A stretch of DNA of 64,000 bases from Eledone cirrhosa (lineage: Eukaryota), in contig OZ024740.1 of the NCBI GenBank assembly GCA_964016885.1, positions 138,694,001-138,758,000 on the forward strand, written 5' to 3'. A program made the translations under genes and the position numbers. Under the pieces are notes generated by a model, which worked only from the letters and a program-made list of their open reading frames with translations, searched no databases and had not been told where the DNA came from. Positions 27,900 to 41,719 of this stretch are shown here, in pieces. Position 1 is the stretch's first letter, and each line of letters opens with the position of its first letter.

Positions 27900-27950
<51 letters not shown>

Positions 27951-28878
27951 TCCTTTATTGGCCATACGGGGCTCAATAATAATTTCTTATTGACATAATG
28001 TTACAAATTTGTCTGGGAGAGGGTAGAAAACGATTAAATCATCATTACCTCTTCACCAATACTTGACACATAGTATCAGATCAGCAAGGATGAAGGACAA
28101 AGCTAATCTCAACGATATACAAGGACCTTACAGTATACTCTAGGGTATTTTATTCAGCATTCTAGCATCTCTCCTACACCTCCACTGTGAGGAGGGGAGA
28201 TAGTAGTAGTGGTGCTGGGGATAGTGGTAGTTGTCGTCGTCGGTGGTGGTTATGGTGATTGTGGTGGTGGTGGTGGTCATCGTGGTGATGTTGACAATGA
28301 TGAAGTCGGTGGTGCTGATAGGGTAGGATAATGAGGATGCTTATGAGGAGAAACAGAAGATTTCATCGGAGCAAATAACTACACGCATTAATACATTTAA
28401 AGTAAACGTAATGGAGATATAACTAGAGTTTTTTTAAATTAGAAATTTTGCTGTGAAACTTAAACACTTTCCTCTATTCCTTTGAACACAAAATGTATAA
28501 AAGAGAAAAAGAGTTTACATTCATACATTTCAGATATTATTTTCTCTACATCAGAAGATAACTATTCCTATGATTCCTCCTGTAAAAGAATATTTTCATA
28601 GCATAGCCTTATATGTCAAACGTAATCTAGAATGTAATAAATCTGTATTCTAATATAAATATTTATTATTTAATTAATTACGTTGCCAAATAAATGCACT
28701 TCATGCAAATTATACAGACCATTTCATTTGTATTATACATCCTGCAAAGTATATATAGCAATGCAAGAAAAAGATTCCTCTATAGACACGGTCATGGAGG
28801 TATCTATTTTCTGATGAAAAAACAATCGTCCTAGAAATGCATAATGTAAAACTCCTGTGTTTTTCAGTGTACAGAAAA

Positions 28879-29065
28879 ATAATTGTTTCTACTTTAGGCA
28901 CAAGGCCAGCAATTACCCAGTGCATTACTGGTACTTTATTTTATCGACCCCGTAAGGATGAAAGGCAAAGTCAACCTCGGCGGGATTTGAACTCAGATCG
29001 TAAAGAGACGTAACTATGCTGGAAAGCATGGTGTCTGACCCTCTACCGATACTGCCAATCCACCA
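28879..29065 (-). mobile_element. Full-length SINE, family A
   Basis: Reverse-complement match to the 16311 copy. TSD cagaaaaataat at 28872-28883 and 29064-29075. Confidence 0.9.
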
Positions 29066-29416
29066 GAAAAATAATGGAACATTTTTACACTTTTCTCTTT
29101 GGAGACATTTTTACACTTTCCTCTTTTCACAACGAAAATCAGTAATTATATCTATATGGGATTTACTTTAAATCTTTTAATATATGCTATGTTCTGGCAT
29201 AAATTTCTATTTGTTTTACATACATTAGTATTTCGCAATTCCTACAAATATCCACTAACATCGATGAAATACTAACGAAGATACTTGCCTCACACTCAAA
29301 TGCACACTTGACCAAAATGTTAAAATATGGCTGTATAAATAGTGCATTTAAATATTATTTACATTTTTATAAATATTTGCCTAATACAAACGTTTTTACT
29401 GATCATTATTTCTAAA

Positions 29417-29815
29417 GGGTGGTGGATTGGCAGTATCGGTAGAGAGTCGGACACCATGCTTTGAAGCATAGAGTTACGTCACTTTATGATCTGAGTTCAA
29501 ATTCCGCCGAGGTTAACTTTGCCTTTCATCCTTACGGAGTCGATAAAATAAAGTACCTGTAATGTACTGGGTAATTGTTGGTCTTGTGTCAAAAGTAGAA
29601 ACAATTATTTCTAAAAATGCAAGGGTGGTGGATTGACAGTATCGGTAGAGGGTCGGACGTCATGCTTTGAAGCATAGAGTTACGCCTCTTTACGGTCTGA
29701 GTTCAAATCCCGCCGAGGTCAACTTTGCCTTTCATCCTTACTAGGTCGATAAAATAAAGTACCAGTAATGCACTGGGATAATTGTTGGCCTTGTGCCAAA
29801 AGTAGAAACAATTAT
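29417..29815 (+). mobile_element. Two tandem full-length family A SINEs (29417-29609 and 29622-29815)
   Basis: Both have head, core and tail. attatttctaaa occurs at 29405, 29604 and 29811. Confidence 0.9.
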
Positions 29816-30718
29816 TTCTAAAGATGCTATTGGCGTGGATGTTACATCAACATCACACAACGACAACACAGACGAAAACCGAGCGAACGATATAAATAGA
29901 TGCCCCAATGTTAAAGGGGAAATGCTGTACCCGATAAAATTATTAATGATCAAAATAAAAGGCTGGAATTTATTCCTTAAGACATGCAAATAAAACAGCA
30001 AAGGTATGTATGGCCTGGAGAAGAATATGTTTCTATAGTACATTTATATGTATGCTTTATAACTCCACTCTTCCCTAACAAACGGGACTACTACAACTGT
30101 AGACATATTTTGTTTGGTCATAAAATAATCCTTATCTAAAATCGATCTCATCAGATATATAGTTAAAACTAAAAACATATACCAGACATAGAAATAAATC
30201 GCTTAAAACGAAAGAATGCGTAATGAAAATACAATCGAAAAATAAAACCAGTAATAAAAATACAAATAACAAAAACATTTTTAAATATTAAAATTATAGA
30301 CATTGAAGTCATAAATCAAGAAGAGTGACATAGCTCAAACAAACGAAATAATAAGAAAATGAAACCCCAGCAGACTTAAGGCATATCTACCAACAGAGTC
30401 GTGACAGGAAAATAGAAACACGAAACTATTTACACAACTGAATATGAGAAATATATATAAATGGGTAGAATGACGTAAACGTGGACATTTGAATATGATA
30501 ATAATCTAGAGGAGGAATCAGTTAAAGAATTAAGGACTATAAATCATTCTGTAGTCAGTCAAACGAAGGGCTTTGAGATTTGAACTTCAAGATAAAACAG
30601 CAACGGCAATATGGCTGTATATTTGCAACCGAATAAGTTCTTAATTTCATCACACGGACCTTAGGCAAGCATGTTCTTACATAGTGTTGGTGAACGGAAA
30701 CTATGCAAAGCCTTCTCT

Positions 30719-30836
<118 letters not shown>

Positions 30837-31602
30837 AACAATGGCCTAATACGGAATGAGATTTCTCTGATATACTCAACGGATGCAACGAGAGTAGTGA
30901 CAAATACACCAGCACGGAAGAATTCCAAAGAGTTCTCACTAAAAACGGCTACCGAGCTTCTCTCACTAAACATCGAGATACCAAAGCACCACCTATGAGG
31001 ATCAGCGTATGCTATCTAAAGCTGCCGTATTTCAATGCGAGGAGGACCGCTGCCATCCGATAAGTTATCCTTAGGGAGGGTATGAATATACAACTGTCAC
31101 ACCGGGTTCAAACCCCGACCTGCATACAACGATACAAACACACTCCCCTACTGTCCCATCAACAACACAGAAGTGTGTATGAGAACGTATGGGGCCAATA
31201 GGGTCACACACAGATGATATGGTCCCTTATACATTGGAATTACTGTCAGGATGTTACACATAGGGACCAACGAGCACTTAACCACAAGAGATTCTTCTGT
31301 AAAAAAAACAAAAAAACATGTTGATAAATGCCACAGCCGAGACATTGAAGTCACCATAGAAGCGACGGAGAGTAATGTAGGGAATTTGTGAAATAAGGAA
31401 GCATTAATTATAAACACACATAAACAACTAATGAACAATAGAAGATAGCTATATGGAGTAGTGTGGCTTTTATGACTGCTCCACGTATGTCTCGTTGAAG
31501 GAGGATGCATCGTTTTTCGTTTTCATTTGAAAACGGGGTTTTTACCTTGAAATAGTATTATAATAAAGTATACTGTGTAATAAAACATTATTTTGTTTTG
31601 TT

Positions 31603-32250
31603 CTCGCACCAACCAGAGGTATATGATTTTTAAAGCGATGAAATACCAATGAAAGTTGGAAGATCACTGATGAAGGACTAATTTTATTCATATGTAACCC
31701 ATGTGCAACCACGCAGCACTTCATTTTTCTTATATTTATATTTTTTCCTCAGCTGCGATTGTCTGTTTCTTTCTTACTGCTTCCCCTCTCTCCGTATCTC
31801 TCACCTTCCTTTTACCCCCTCTGCCAGTCACACTCTCTCTCGGCTGGCCTCTTCCCCACACTTCCACTCACTCACTTTCTGCTTCTCCCCCTCTCTCACT
31901 TCCTCCCGTTTGACCTGTGTGAAATCCTTTTCTCGCTCACATCTCACCCATGTCGGATGGTCTGTATCTCTCGTCCACGAATTCACCAAGCTTAAGCTTA
32001 CAGATATCATGTACTTGTCTCTTCCTATCTTTCCATTGCAATACCATCGTTGTTTGTTTACATGTCTCGCTCGTTTCACCCTATTTCACTTGTCCCAATA
32101 ACTTTATTTAGTTATTGCTCGCACCAACCAGAGGTATATGATTTTTAAAGCGATGAAATACCAATGAAAGTTGGAAGATCACTGATGAAGGAGTAATTTT
32201 ATTCATATGTGACCCATGTGCAACCACGCAGCACTCCATTTTTCTTATAT
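31603..32250 (+). mobile_element. Non-coding module: 515-bp monomer with a 133-bp terminal direct repeat, ending in (TA)n
   Basis: 31603-31735 matches 32118-32250. The repeat contains CTGATGA at 31667-31673, but I found no paired GAAA. A third relative lies at 35027-35120. Confidence 0.75.
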
Positions 32251-32516
32251 ATATATATATATTGCTTAATATCGACGCGATCGTCCAGGTTTGTCAAATT
32301 ATCCTGAGTCAGTTTTCTCGTTGCTTTGGTTCCTACGGCTGGCTTACCGGTCGCAATCTTCAATTTACAAAGCTGTCTAAACGTAATGTTATTACTCTAA
32401 GGTAAAATACCATATTGGGTGCTTAGCTGCACATTCCGATTGCATTCGTTAGCTTAGCTGCAGCCAGAGCTTCGATTATGCTGAACTTCCATTTGTATAT
32501 ATATATATCTGTGTGT

Positions 32517-32560
<44 letters not shown>

Positions 32561-32759
32561 AAGTATTTCACCAAGAAAAATATAAACATCGGCGTGAAAG
32601 GAAATTAGGAATTTATTTGCTTTAACATATGCCTCTGTGTCTATTATAATCGTCTATATATGCTGACTATAATATATATTGTTCAATCATATGCAATATT
32701 TAATTATCTATCACACTTCACCAGAAAGCTTATAATTGTGGAAGTGACTACTCACTACG

Positions 32760-32853
<94 letters not shown>

Positions 32854-33091
32854 CACAAATAGAAGTGTGTTACACAGTGAAATGTGTGTAAAGGATTATT
32901 ACAAGTGATTTTTACCGTTACTGTATAGAAAACAATATCTACAGGTTTAGCAATTAAATAGAAAAAACCCTAAGTCAGAATCAAATCACTGAAGATATTC
33001 CGAATGAAACAGTTCTAGTCCTGTAGAAGCCTTTTCTATATTAAATATATATATATATATGAATATATATATAATCTCTCTCTCTCGCTCG

Positions 33092-33169
<78 letters not shown>

Positions 33170-33175
<6 letters not shown>

Positions 33176-34062
33176 TAACGGAGGCATAGGCCCTCGCTAT
33201 TCCCTGTAAATAATGTGCTCAAAGGAGAAGAAATCATGAGCTCTTTAAAATACAATATGTTGAAAAGGTAACACACCATTTCTTTCAACAAATTACTGGT
33301 GAAACATATCTTTGGATTAGTATCTTTGGGTTTGTACGTGTGTTATATAGTTATAGAGGTATTTATTTACGCTTTAATTTATATTTTTTATTATCGTGTC
33401 TATAGTCTGCTTTTCATAGGTTATAGATTCCATACACTGGTGGTTTTTTTCCCTGTTTTATTGATAACGCACTGTATATCTCTCTCTGGTGTGTTACCTT
33501 TTCAACATATTGTATTTTAAAGAGCTCAGGATTTCTTTTCCTTTGAGCACATTATTTACAGGGAATAACGAGGACCTATGCCTCCGTTAATTTATCGTGA
33601 TATTTCGCTCCTAATAACAGTCTTTCCTATCTCTGTTTGGTTGAGCACTCTTCTCTGAGTAGCTTTGGGCTGCCCTTTCTAGCAGTTCGTCCCTCAGAGG
33701 CCACTGGATTCACTGCCCTTAAACACGTTGTGACTTCTCTCTCCCACGTGTAGCTGGACAGTCACTTTTAAAATTCTCCTAGTGTTGTCTGAAATGTATA
33801 GCCTTACACACGCTGATGAACCGAGGCTAACCCATTTCTTTCAACAAATTACTGGTGAAACATATCTTTGGATTAGTATCTTTGGATTTGTACGTGTGTT
33901 ATATAGTTATAGAGGTATTTATTTACGCTTTAATTTATATTTTTAATTATCGTATCTATAGTCTGCCTTTCATAGGTTATAGATTCCATACACTGGTGGT
34001 TTTTTTCCCTGTTTTATTGATAGCGCACTATATATCTCTCTCTGGTGTGTTACCTTTTCAAC

Positions 34063-34067
<5 letters not shown>
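33170..34067 (+). mobile_element. (TA)n-flanked module: 108-bp inverted 5' piece, 556-bp monomer and 236-bp direct repeat, with a hammerhead-like motif
   Basis: 33170-33277 is the inverse of 33488-33595. 33276-33511 matches 33832-34067. CTGATGA-ACC...GGT-GAAA-CATA-TC lies at 33813-33866. Confidence 0.8.
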
Positions 34068-34132
<65 letters not shown>

Positions 34133-34372
34133 TTGAGCCATGGTTCAACTAAGCACTCTTGCTATATTAATACATTTTGATCTGCTTAACCTCAATGACT
34201 GTGCTTGTAAATAACATTATTTTTTCTTCCACATTCACTTTTTACGTTCCACATTATGCACGTTTTTTTTCCTTTTTCTTTTTCTTTTCACTTCTTAAAC
34301 CTTGTTTGTAAATAACATTATTCTTTCTGCACCTTCTGTTTAACATGTGCGACACCACACTAATACATTTTA

Positions 34373-34414
34373 CTATCATTTGATAATGCATATAAATGCT
34401 GAAACCGGTAATAG
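34373..34414 (+). ncRNA. Minimal hammerhead-like motif with U3:A8 core
   Basis: ctatcat-TTGATAA-t-GCAT-ataa-ATGC-t-GAAA-CCGG-TA-atag. Confidence 0.55.
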
Positions 34415-34683
34415 ACAATAATTAAATATATAAATAGATAAATAAATGCTATTGTTAAATAATAAATAAATCACCTAATACCTTAACACTTCACACAAAG
34501 TAAAACATTTCGTTTTAATCATTTTCTAACCCAGAAAAGAGAGAGAGAGAGAGAAACAAAAAAGGAAAAAAAAATATTTTTCTTCCTCATAATCGTCTCT
34601 TTCTCCATGTTTTCATATATATATATAAATATATAAAAAGTGAAGAATAACATGGTCAACATTATAAACAAGTAGATTTATTA

Positions 34684-34777
34684 CAGTCTGACAATTGTTT
34701 CTATGATAGAGTAGTCTAAAAATTACTAAACACTAAATTTAAAATACATTGATCCGCCATCATTTCATCGGACACTG
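34684..34777 (-). ncRNA. Hammerhead motif with CCGAUGA core and a long loop II
   Basis: Minus strand reads cagtgt-CCGATGA-a-ATGATGG...CTATCAT-a-GAAA-CAATTG-TC-agactg. Confidence 0.65.
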
Positions 34778-34911
34778 AAAAGAATCATTTACTCGTCACC
34801 CATGTAAACCTCTTGTTGAGTCACACAGCACAGTACGCTTAAACTATCCATCATAAGTAGTTTTCACAAACTCTTATCGGATTACCTTTAACGATATATT
34901 GTTACCCTCTT

Positions 34912-34972
<61 letters not shown>

Positions 34973-34979
<7 letters not shown>

Positions 34980-35079
34980 TAAAATTAGTCCTTCATCAGT
35001 GATCTTCCAGCCTTCATTGGTATTTCAAATACCAATGAAGGCTGGAAGATCACTGATGAAGGACTAATTTTATTCATAT
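34973..35079. repeat. Perfect 107-bp palindrome (53-bp arms, 1-nt centre) within a (TA)n-flanked insert
   Basis: 34973-35025 is the exact reverse complement of 35027-35079. Confidence 0.95.
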
Positions 35080-35112
35080 GTAACCCATTTGCAACCACGC
35101 AGCACGCCATTT

Positions 35113-35256
<144 letters not shown>

Positions 35257-35276
35257 ATGTATATATATATATATAT

Positions 35277-35688
35277 ACGTATGAACTCTTCAAGTCTGGT
35301 CAGTGGCACCTGCGCCAGAACAGTGCCTCCTGCTACAAATCGATCCTCGTGAGCAACTAGTTGACCGATATGGGGATTAAGACTGTCGCTCATCCTCCCA
35401 TCCTCCCTACAGTCCAGAATTAGCCCCATACGACTTTTAGATGTCCCCGAACCTGGAGGAGAAGCTCAGAGGTATCTGCTTTGAGGATGTGTAGGAGTTG
35501 AAGGAGGGTGTGTCATCTTCACTTAGGAGGACTACAGGGCGGAGGGGCCTTCCAGGAGTGGTTGGAACACTACAAGTGTATTGAAGGTGAAGGATCTTAC
35601 TTAGAAGGAGACTAGAGTTTTGTGTTGATCTTAGTTAAATGAATGCCTCTCTGAGAAAAGTCTCAAAACCTCTTAAGTGTACCTCGTA
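35277..35688 (+). mobile_element. Mariner transposon 3' remnant
   Basis: Broken translation QWHL..N...MGIKTVAHPP..YSPELAPYDF (YSPDLAP motif). Ends ...gtgtacctcg followed by TA. Confidence 0.8.
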
Positions 35689-35876
35689 TGTATGTATGTA
35701 TGTATGTATGTATGTATGTATGTATGTATGTATGTATGTATGTATGTATGTATGCATGCATGTATGTATGTATGTATGTATGTATGTATGTATGTATGTA
35801 TGTATGTATGTATGTATGTATGTATGCATGCATGTATGTATGTATGTTTGTATGTATGTATGTATGTATGTATGTA
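35687..35876. repeat. (TATG)n tetranucleotide array
   Basis: Read directly. Confidence 0.98.
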
Positions 35877-36347
35877 TCTTTCACCCAAGAAAAAAAACTG
35901 TTTTCGAATAAAAAATACCCTATGTGAAATTTGTTGTTCCCAGTTGCACGAACAACTCCTTATCACTCTCGCTATCAGAATTACAGTGAACAAGTAATTG
36001 GTCCGTTGGAGATCTACAACAATAACTATGCTATTTTTCGCCAAATAAAACATAAACTCTAAACATATACAAATAAATATATAAATAAGAAAATGATATA
36101 AATAAAATTTAAAGTAGGCCATCATAAACATATTGGAAACAGATGTGAAATAATTGCTACAATAACTGCAGTATTCTTCAATTGAAGTGGTATATCTCCT
36201 CGTAGCTTCTAACGTAGTTGAACACTGAAGTCAAACAAAAACAGAGAAAAACTAATATACAGAACAAATTAGAAAAGAAAGAAAAATATATGTGGAAACA
36301 TAATTAAAAATAAGTATCTAATGTCACAAAGTGCCTAAGATAAATAA

Positions 36348-36670
36348 ATGGATCTCCGTCAGTTTCGACAACGAGTAGTCAGTTGTTCGATTAATTGAAC
36401 CCTTTGTTCATTGTATTAACTTGTATATGGTTGAGTAATTTACAACATGTGTACCCTTAATGTAATCCTCAAGCAGAATTAGCGTGACACTCTGTTTCAA
36501 ACCTGAACCTTTGATACTGTCCATCAGACGATATTTCCTCTATTCATATTTTACTTGTGAAGCTCATGTCGACTCGAGGCTTTGGTAAAAGAGGTTTCTC
36601 CAAGATGCCACGCAATAAAATCGAACACCAAACCTCGCGATTACGAAACAAACTTCTTAGCCATTCGCTA
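36348..36670 (-). mobile_element. Old tRNA/CORE-like SINE (family C)
   Basis: Shares ggatctccgtc.gtttcgac.a.ga...cagttgttcg with copies at about 40700-41000, 47905-48135, 48195-48530, 50285-50455 and 54775-54850. Confidence 0.7.
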
Positions 36671-37969
36671 ATACAACTTAATTAACACGTCATTATGAAA
36701 AGCAATTTCAGCAAAACAAGTGATTTCAGCAAAACAAAACATTTCTCTTCAACCAAAGATGACTTTACCAAAATCTAACAAGATAAAAGTTAAAACGAAA
36801 CTAGAAAGTGCCTGAAATGTTAGCGTGCCGAACTCAAACAACCAATTATATTTTAGATAATGATACCTAATGAAGGCGTGCCGAAGTGAAATATCCAACA
36901 GGTATCTACAAAGTAGTTGTAACGATATTCAACGATCTACTGACAGAACTAGAGACAATAGTTGAATGTGTCACTGAATGAAAACTAAGACTGAAGCAGC
37001 ATCAAATCTCCAAACATACTGAAGCACAATCTGTTTGCTTACAATAACCAATGAGTTACATCAATTGTATGATAAAGGGTGTGTGTTCTAGCACTAACAA
37101 ACAACATCATTGGCATCTTTCGGTGTCAAGAATATGAGTCCATTGAATTTATCTGTTTTAAGATAGCTAGTAAGTCTATGTTTAATCTACTAGAATGTAA
37201 ACAATTGGGCCATGGGAATTGAAACGGACCTAGGTCAAACGTACATATTGTCGGCCTGTGATGAATCCTTCTGTCAGAATCCTTTTTACAGTTTCTTTCA
37301 AAGACTTCGCGTTCAGTGTAGCATTTTCTCCACCTGAGCGGAGAGTCAGATGTATCGGCTGCTCACGAAGAACTATCAACATCTAAAATTTTCGATGTTC
37401 ACTTTAGTTGACCTTTGTACCGCTATCTCAGAGTTCCTACTGCATATCTTCTTTCTTGCAATTCTCAGTGCATAGGTATCTCTGGCAGGCGATGATCCAA
37501 TATTTTTTCAACGTAGCCAACATAAAAAAACAAACATACTTACTGTGGAATAGAAATGCTATCGCAAAGAATCATATGTATTCAAAGGTCAGTTAGGGAA
37601 CAATAAAGTTGTAACTGAAAACTGCAGGAGTAGAAAGCAGTATCTTATCATTGTATAGACCAGCAGTGTTCATCATGCGTGGCATTTTAGGAGCATTAGC
37701 CTGGAGTAAATAGTATCAATAACAAGCAGGTATGTCGACATGTTAAGTGTAAATGCAAGACAATTTTACTGATCTAAATAAAAAAGGAAATGATAAAGAC
37801 GAAACGAATCCATATCAAAAGACTATATTCGAAAGTGTCATATCTCTATCTCGTTCTGACATCTTTAAGCTTCAAGCTATATGCTACGATAGTCAGCTGC
37901 TAACTGCTGCATGTAGATAGATGCCTTTGAGCTGTAAATTGGAAGTAACAGAGAACGAAATATCCTGTT

Positions 37970-39235
37970 TCATGTGGTGTGCCAATTCAACAATGAAATT
38001 GGCAGGAAATTCTGTTTTTAAAATGTCCCAAGGCCATCTTGAAAACTGGAACCGCCGATATCATGTTAGATAAAAAATACAGAGATATGAGAATTAGACC
38101 AAACATAAACTTACAAATACTTAGGAATTAATGAACAAGACAAAGTACAAAACACAAATATAATAAAAGGGTTATAGATGCATAGATAAATATTGCGCTA
38201 AATTAAATAAAATTGAGTTAAAAGCCAAAAGTAAGATAATAGATAACAATAATTTGTTTCTTCTAATAGTAAGTAGTTGTTATACTCTCAAGAACATAAG
38301 TCAATTAGCAAGACTAAATAAGAAAACAGAAAATAATTACATTTAGAACTCACGACGCAACGGCCAACAGAGAACGATTATACTTAAATGAAACCAAGTT
38401 GACAGGAGTCGTTTGCTACTAGAAAACTATTATAGAATAAACTTTATGATTTGTGAGCCACCCAAACACAAGAAATTATTGTAATAACAGTCGATCCCTA
38501 TATACAATAGTTGAGAAAATTGGTTAAAATACTTTAGAAACTGATCCTGTTCCCTTTTTTCCGTCTCCAAGTGTATTTTACTCGATTTCTTTTTCTCAAC
38601 AATTGCCTCCAGCTCTCGAATGTTATTATAGTCCTTTTCTGCGCTTGTGATGCTCACATTTTCATATTATATAATATCTAGTGTCCGATTGACTATAAAC
38701 GCATCGAGTAAAGATTAATAGAAAACTAACACAAATAATTACAAAATCTGAACAAAACAAAATGAAAAAAAAAACATCCTTAGGGGCAGAAGTAATAGAA
38801 AGCTTTGAAAAGGACGAAGAAGCAATACCATAGAATAGAAAAATAGAAGTCATAGACTTGAAGGGGATTTTTATACGGTGGTAACTACACTCGAGTGGAA
38901 TATGCGTAGAAAAGAGATGGTACAAAACACACAAGAGCAGTTCTCAGAGAATAAGAAAATGACAATATTTTGAACACAAGCAAACCGTCTGCATATTATG
39001 AAAATGATTAGAAAGAATCTCTTCTAATCGGCGTATCAATTGCAGCGGACGACAATATGTCTGAAATGAATACAGAAACTGTCCAAATGTAAAGATATAA
39101 AAATAGCGATAACCAAAGTGTGGGAAATGAAAAGAGAAACAATCCTCAAGGTATTAGGTTTCTTGCAAATGATAAAAAGATGTATAGAGTTTTGTATAAA
39201 AAGCAAACAGCGACAATTGAACTACTACCAATACT
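37970..39235 (+). mobile_element. Highly eroded R4/Dong-like (RLE endonuclease) LINE remnant
   Basis: Fragments TYKYLGINE (about 38110) and ELKAKSKII, then ANRLHI..LLIGVSIAADDN..LSKCKDIKIAITKVWEMKRETI (about 38985-39170). The last resembles the RPD..LIDV..EKLSKYKDL..W RLE domain. Confidence 0.6.
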
Positions 39236-39248
39236 ACTAGAATAATAA

Positions 39249-39307
<59 letters not shown>

Positions 39308-41452
39308 CGCGGGATTGCTCTTGCTTTTGTTAGAGTTCCCATTGAAAATGTTTGTGTGTTGATTGTTTTGATGGTGTATTGTTGTTATTTCAGTATCTTT
39401 TTCTGCAATGAATCTTTAAATATCCTTCATCTCCACATATGAAAGATCTAGTATTTCATTCTAAATCCACGACCGTTACCACCAATCTCAAATTGGTAAA
39501 CCTATGTTATTCTGTCGTCGCCATTGACATAAAAACAAAATTCTTTCTGACGATGTTGACCAGTTACCAAATCCTTTATTGAAGACCAAGAATCAAACTA
39601 AGTATTCATCTCTCGCATTATTGCAATTAACCCGACTTCCACAAAATGCTCACTTCTTTAAAAGGGCGCTTGTATTATTATTTTTGCAAAATTATTAGAG
39701 TATCGAAAAAAATACTTTGTGGTATATATTCAAGTTTTTTTGTGTTCTAAGTTCAAACACTGCCGAGGTCAACTTTGTCCTTTATCTTCCTAGGGTCAAT
39801 AAAAAAACGTATCACTCAAGATCTCCCGACGATTTATTGAAATAAATCTACTCAAATTTATTGCCATCTACATGTATTAAAAGCAATTGTTACTTTTTGT
39901 TGTTTGATTTTACTCCATGTCTGTTCTTTCAAATGAAAAATCTATGCCCCACTATTCCGAAAATAAACACAACCCTTCCCGCATTCCCGCATTCTTTATT
40001 TATTTCTTCCAAATTTTTTCTCTTCTAGGTAGGTTTTCAAGTCGACCTGTCTTGTTGAATGTGTATTTGAATATATATGTTTCCCTAAGCTCGCTACTGA
40101 TATGGCTGTAATCATTAACTTTTTTCAGCCATCTTGTTCAGGTCCGAACATTTATCTGTAAACATGCTCAGTGCAAATATATTTTTGTTTCCGCTGTCGT
40201 CCCTTTCATTACAAGCATTTTATTTTGCAGGTTATGTTGCGAATAACACCATTATTACCGTTGTCACTGTTGTTATTGTTGTTGCTGCTGTTGCTGCTGC
40301 TGTTGTTGTTGTTGTTGTTGTTGCTGGTGGTGTTGCCATTGCTGTCATGACCACAAGTGACTACATTACTGTTATCGATTTTTTTCTTCTTAATATTATG
40401 TTTATTGTTTATATAAATGGTGTTCTAAGTATTGTTGACGGCTTTGCTGTAAACGTTGGAATTATTATTGCTGTTATTTGGGCAATTCTCCACAATACTA
40501 AAACGATTCCAATTTTTCTTTCCCCCTTCTACCGAAAGAGGAAATTGGCTACCAGAGTTATGACAATCATAGGAACCATGTTGAAATTATTTTCTCCAGT
40601 GTGACTAGAAAGAAACAATAATAAAATCTGTGTCTATAAATGGACACGATACATAAAAAGATGGTTACTACCTTCTATTCCTTAACATAAAAGTAAGTGG
40701 ACTGTCATCGGTTTCGACGATGAATGTATCAGTTGTTCGATCAACGGAACGGCTTACTTGTGAAATTAATGTGTAAGTGGTTGAATATTCCAAAGACATG
40801 TAGCTCCTTTACGTAATTCTAGGTAAAAATCCATGCCTCAGTGTGCGCCAATGCTGGCCCTTTAAATCAAAGGTGTAGTCCATTCAGCAGGCTAGGTTCT
40901 GTATACGAAATTTCACCTTTCGAGACTATGGTAAACTATTCTTCCTCAAGTGTGATCGAACTCGGAACCTCGTCATTGTGAAGTGAACTTCTTAATCATT
41001 CGACCAGGCTTCGTTCATAATTTCTTGACATAACAATAATATAATAAACACAGCACATCGTAATTTTATTATAAAAATAAACATTATAACATGTCTACCA
41101 TTGGGTTTGAACACAGAATGTGAAAAGCTGTAACTAAATACCAATGCCTTAACTATTCTGCCAATCCGCCGCCTTTAATGATTTCTAATTTTGGTTCCAG
41201 ACCAGCTATTTTGGAAGGAAGGGAAAGTTGATATCAACCCCAATACTTGATTGGTAATTTATTTTATCGATCTCGGAAATATTTGAGCCAGAAAAAATAC
41301 TGCTAAGCATTTGTTCGACGCTCAAACGGCTCTACTAATCCATCTAAAAACCCTTCCATTGTAGCCATATTGTTGATACTTTAACTATATTTTATGATAA
41401 TAATATTTCAATAATGTTGTTGTTATAGATGCGATTCTAGTATAGTTTATTT

Positions 41453-41484
<32 letters not shown>

Positions 41485-41719
41485 CTGTATTCTATTTGAA
41501 ATATTCTTCGTTTATTCCTAACAACCAACCACATGGCAAACGTCAAAGAGTTTGTGTAATGACAGAAAACTGTTTCCTGGAAACTACGTCATTTTCACGT
41601 CCCTTCTCCAAACACGATATTTCCACCACCAACACAATAGTCACCACCATCATTAATATTAGCACTATAACCATCGTTGCTATCACCACTCCTACCATAT
41701 TTAAATAAGCATCATCATT

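Noticed and set aside
30850-31085. Possible eroded LINE 3' coding remnant
   Set aside because: No motif could be read clearly enough to classify it.
32985-33025. Hammerhead-like CTGAAGA...GAAA
   Set aside because: Stem II has almost no loop and stems I and III do not pair convincingly.
33299-34136. Duplicated hydrophobic small ORF MKHIFGLVSL
   Set aside because: GTG start, T-rich composition and location inside a repeat module; no other coding evidence.
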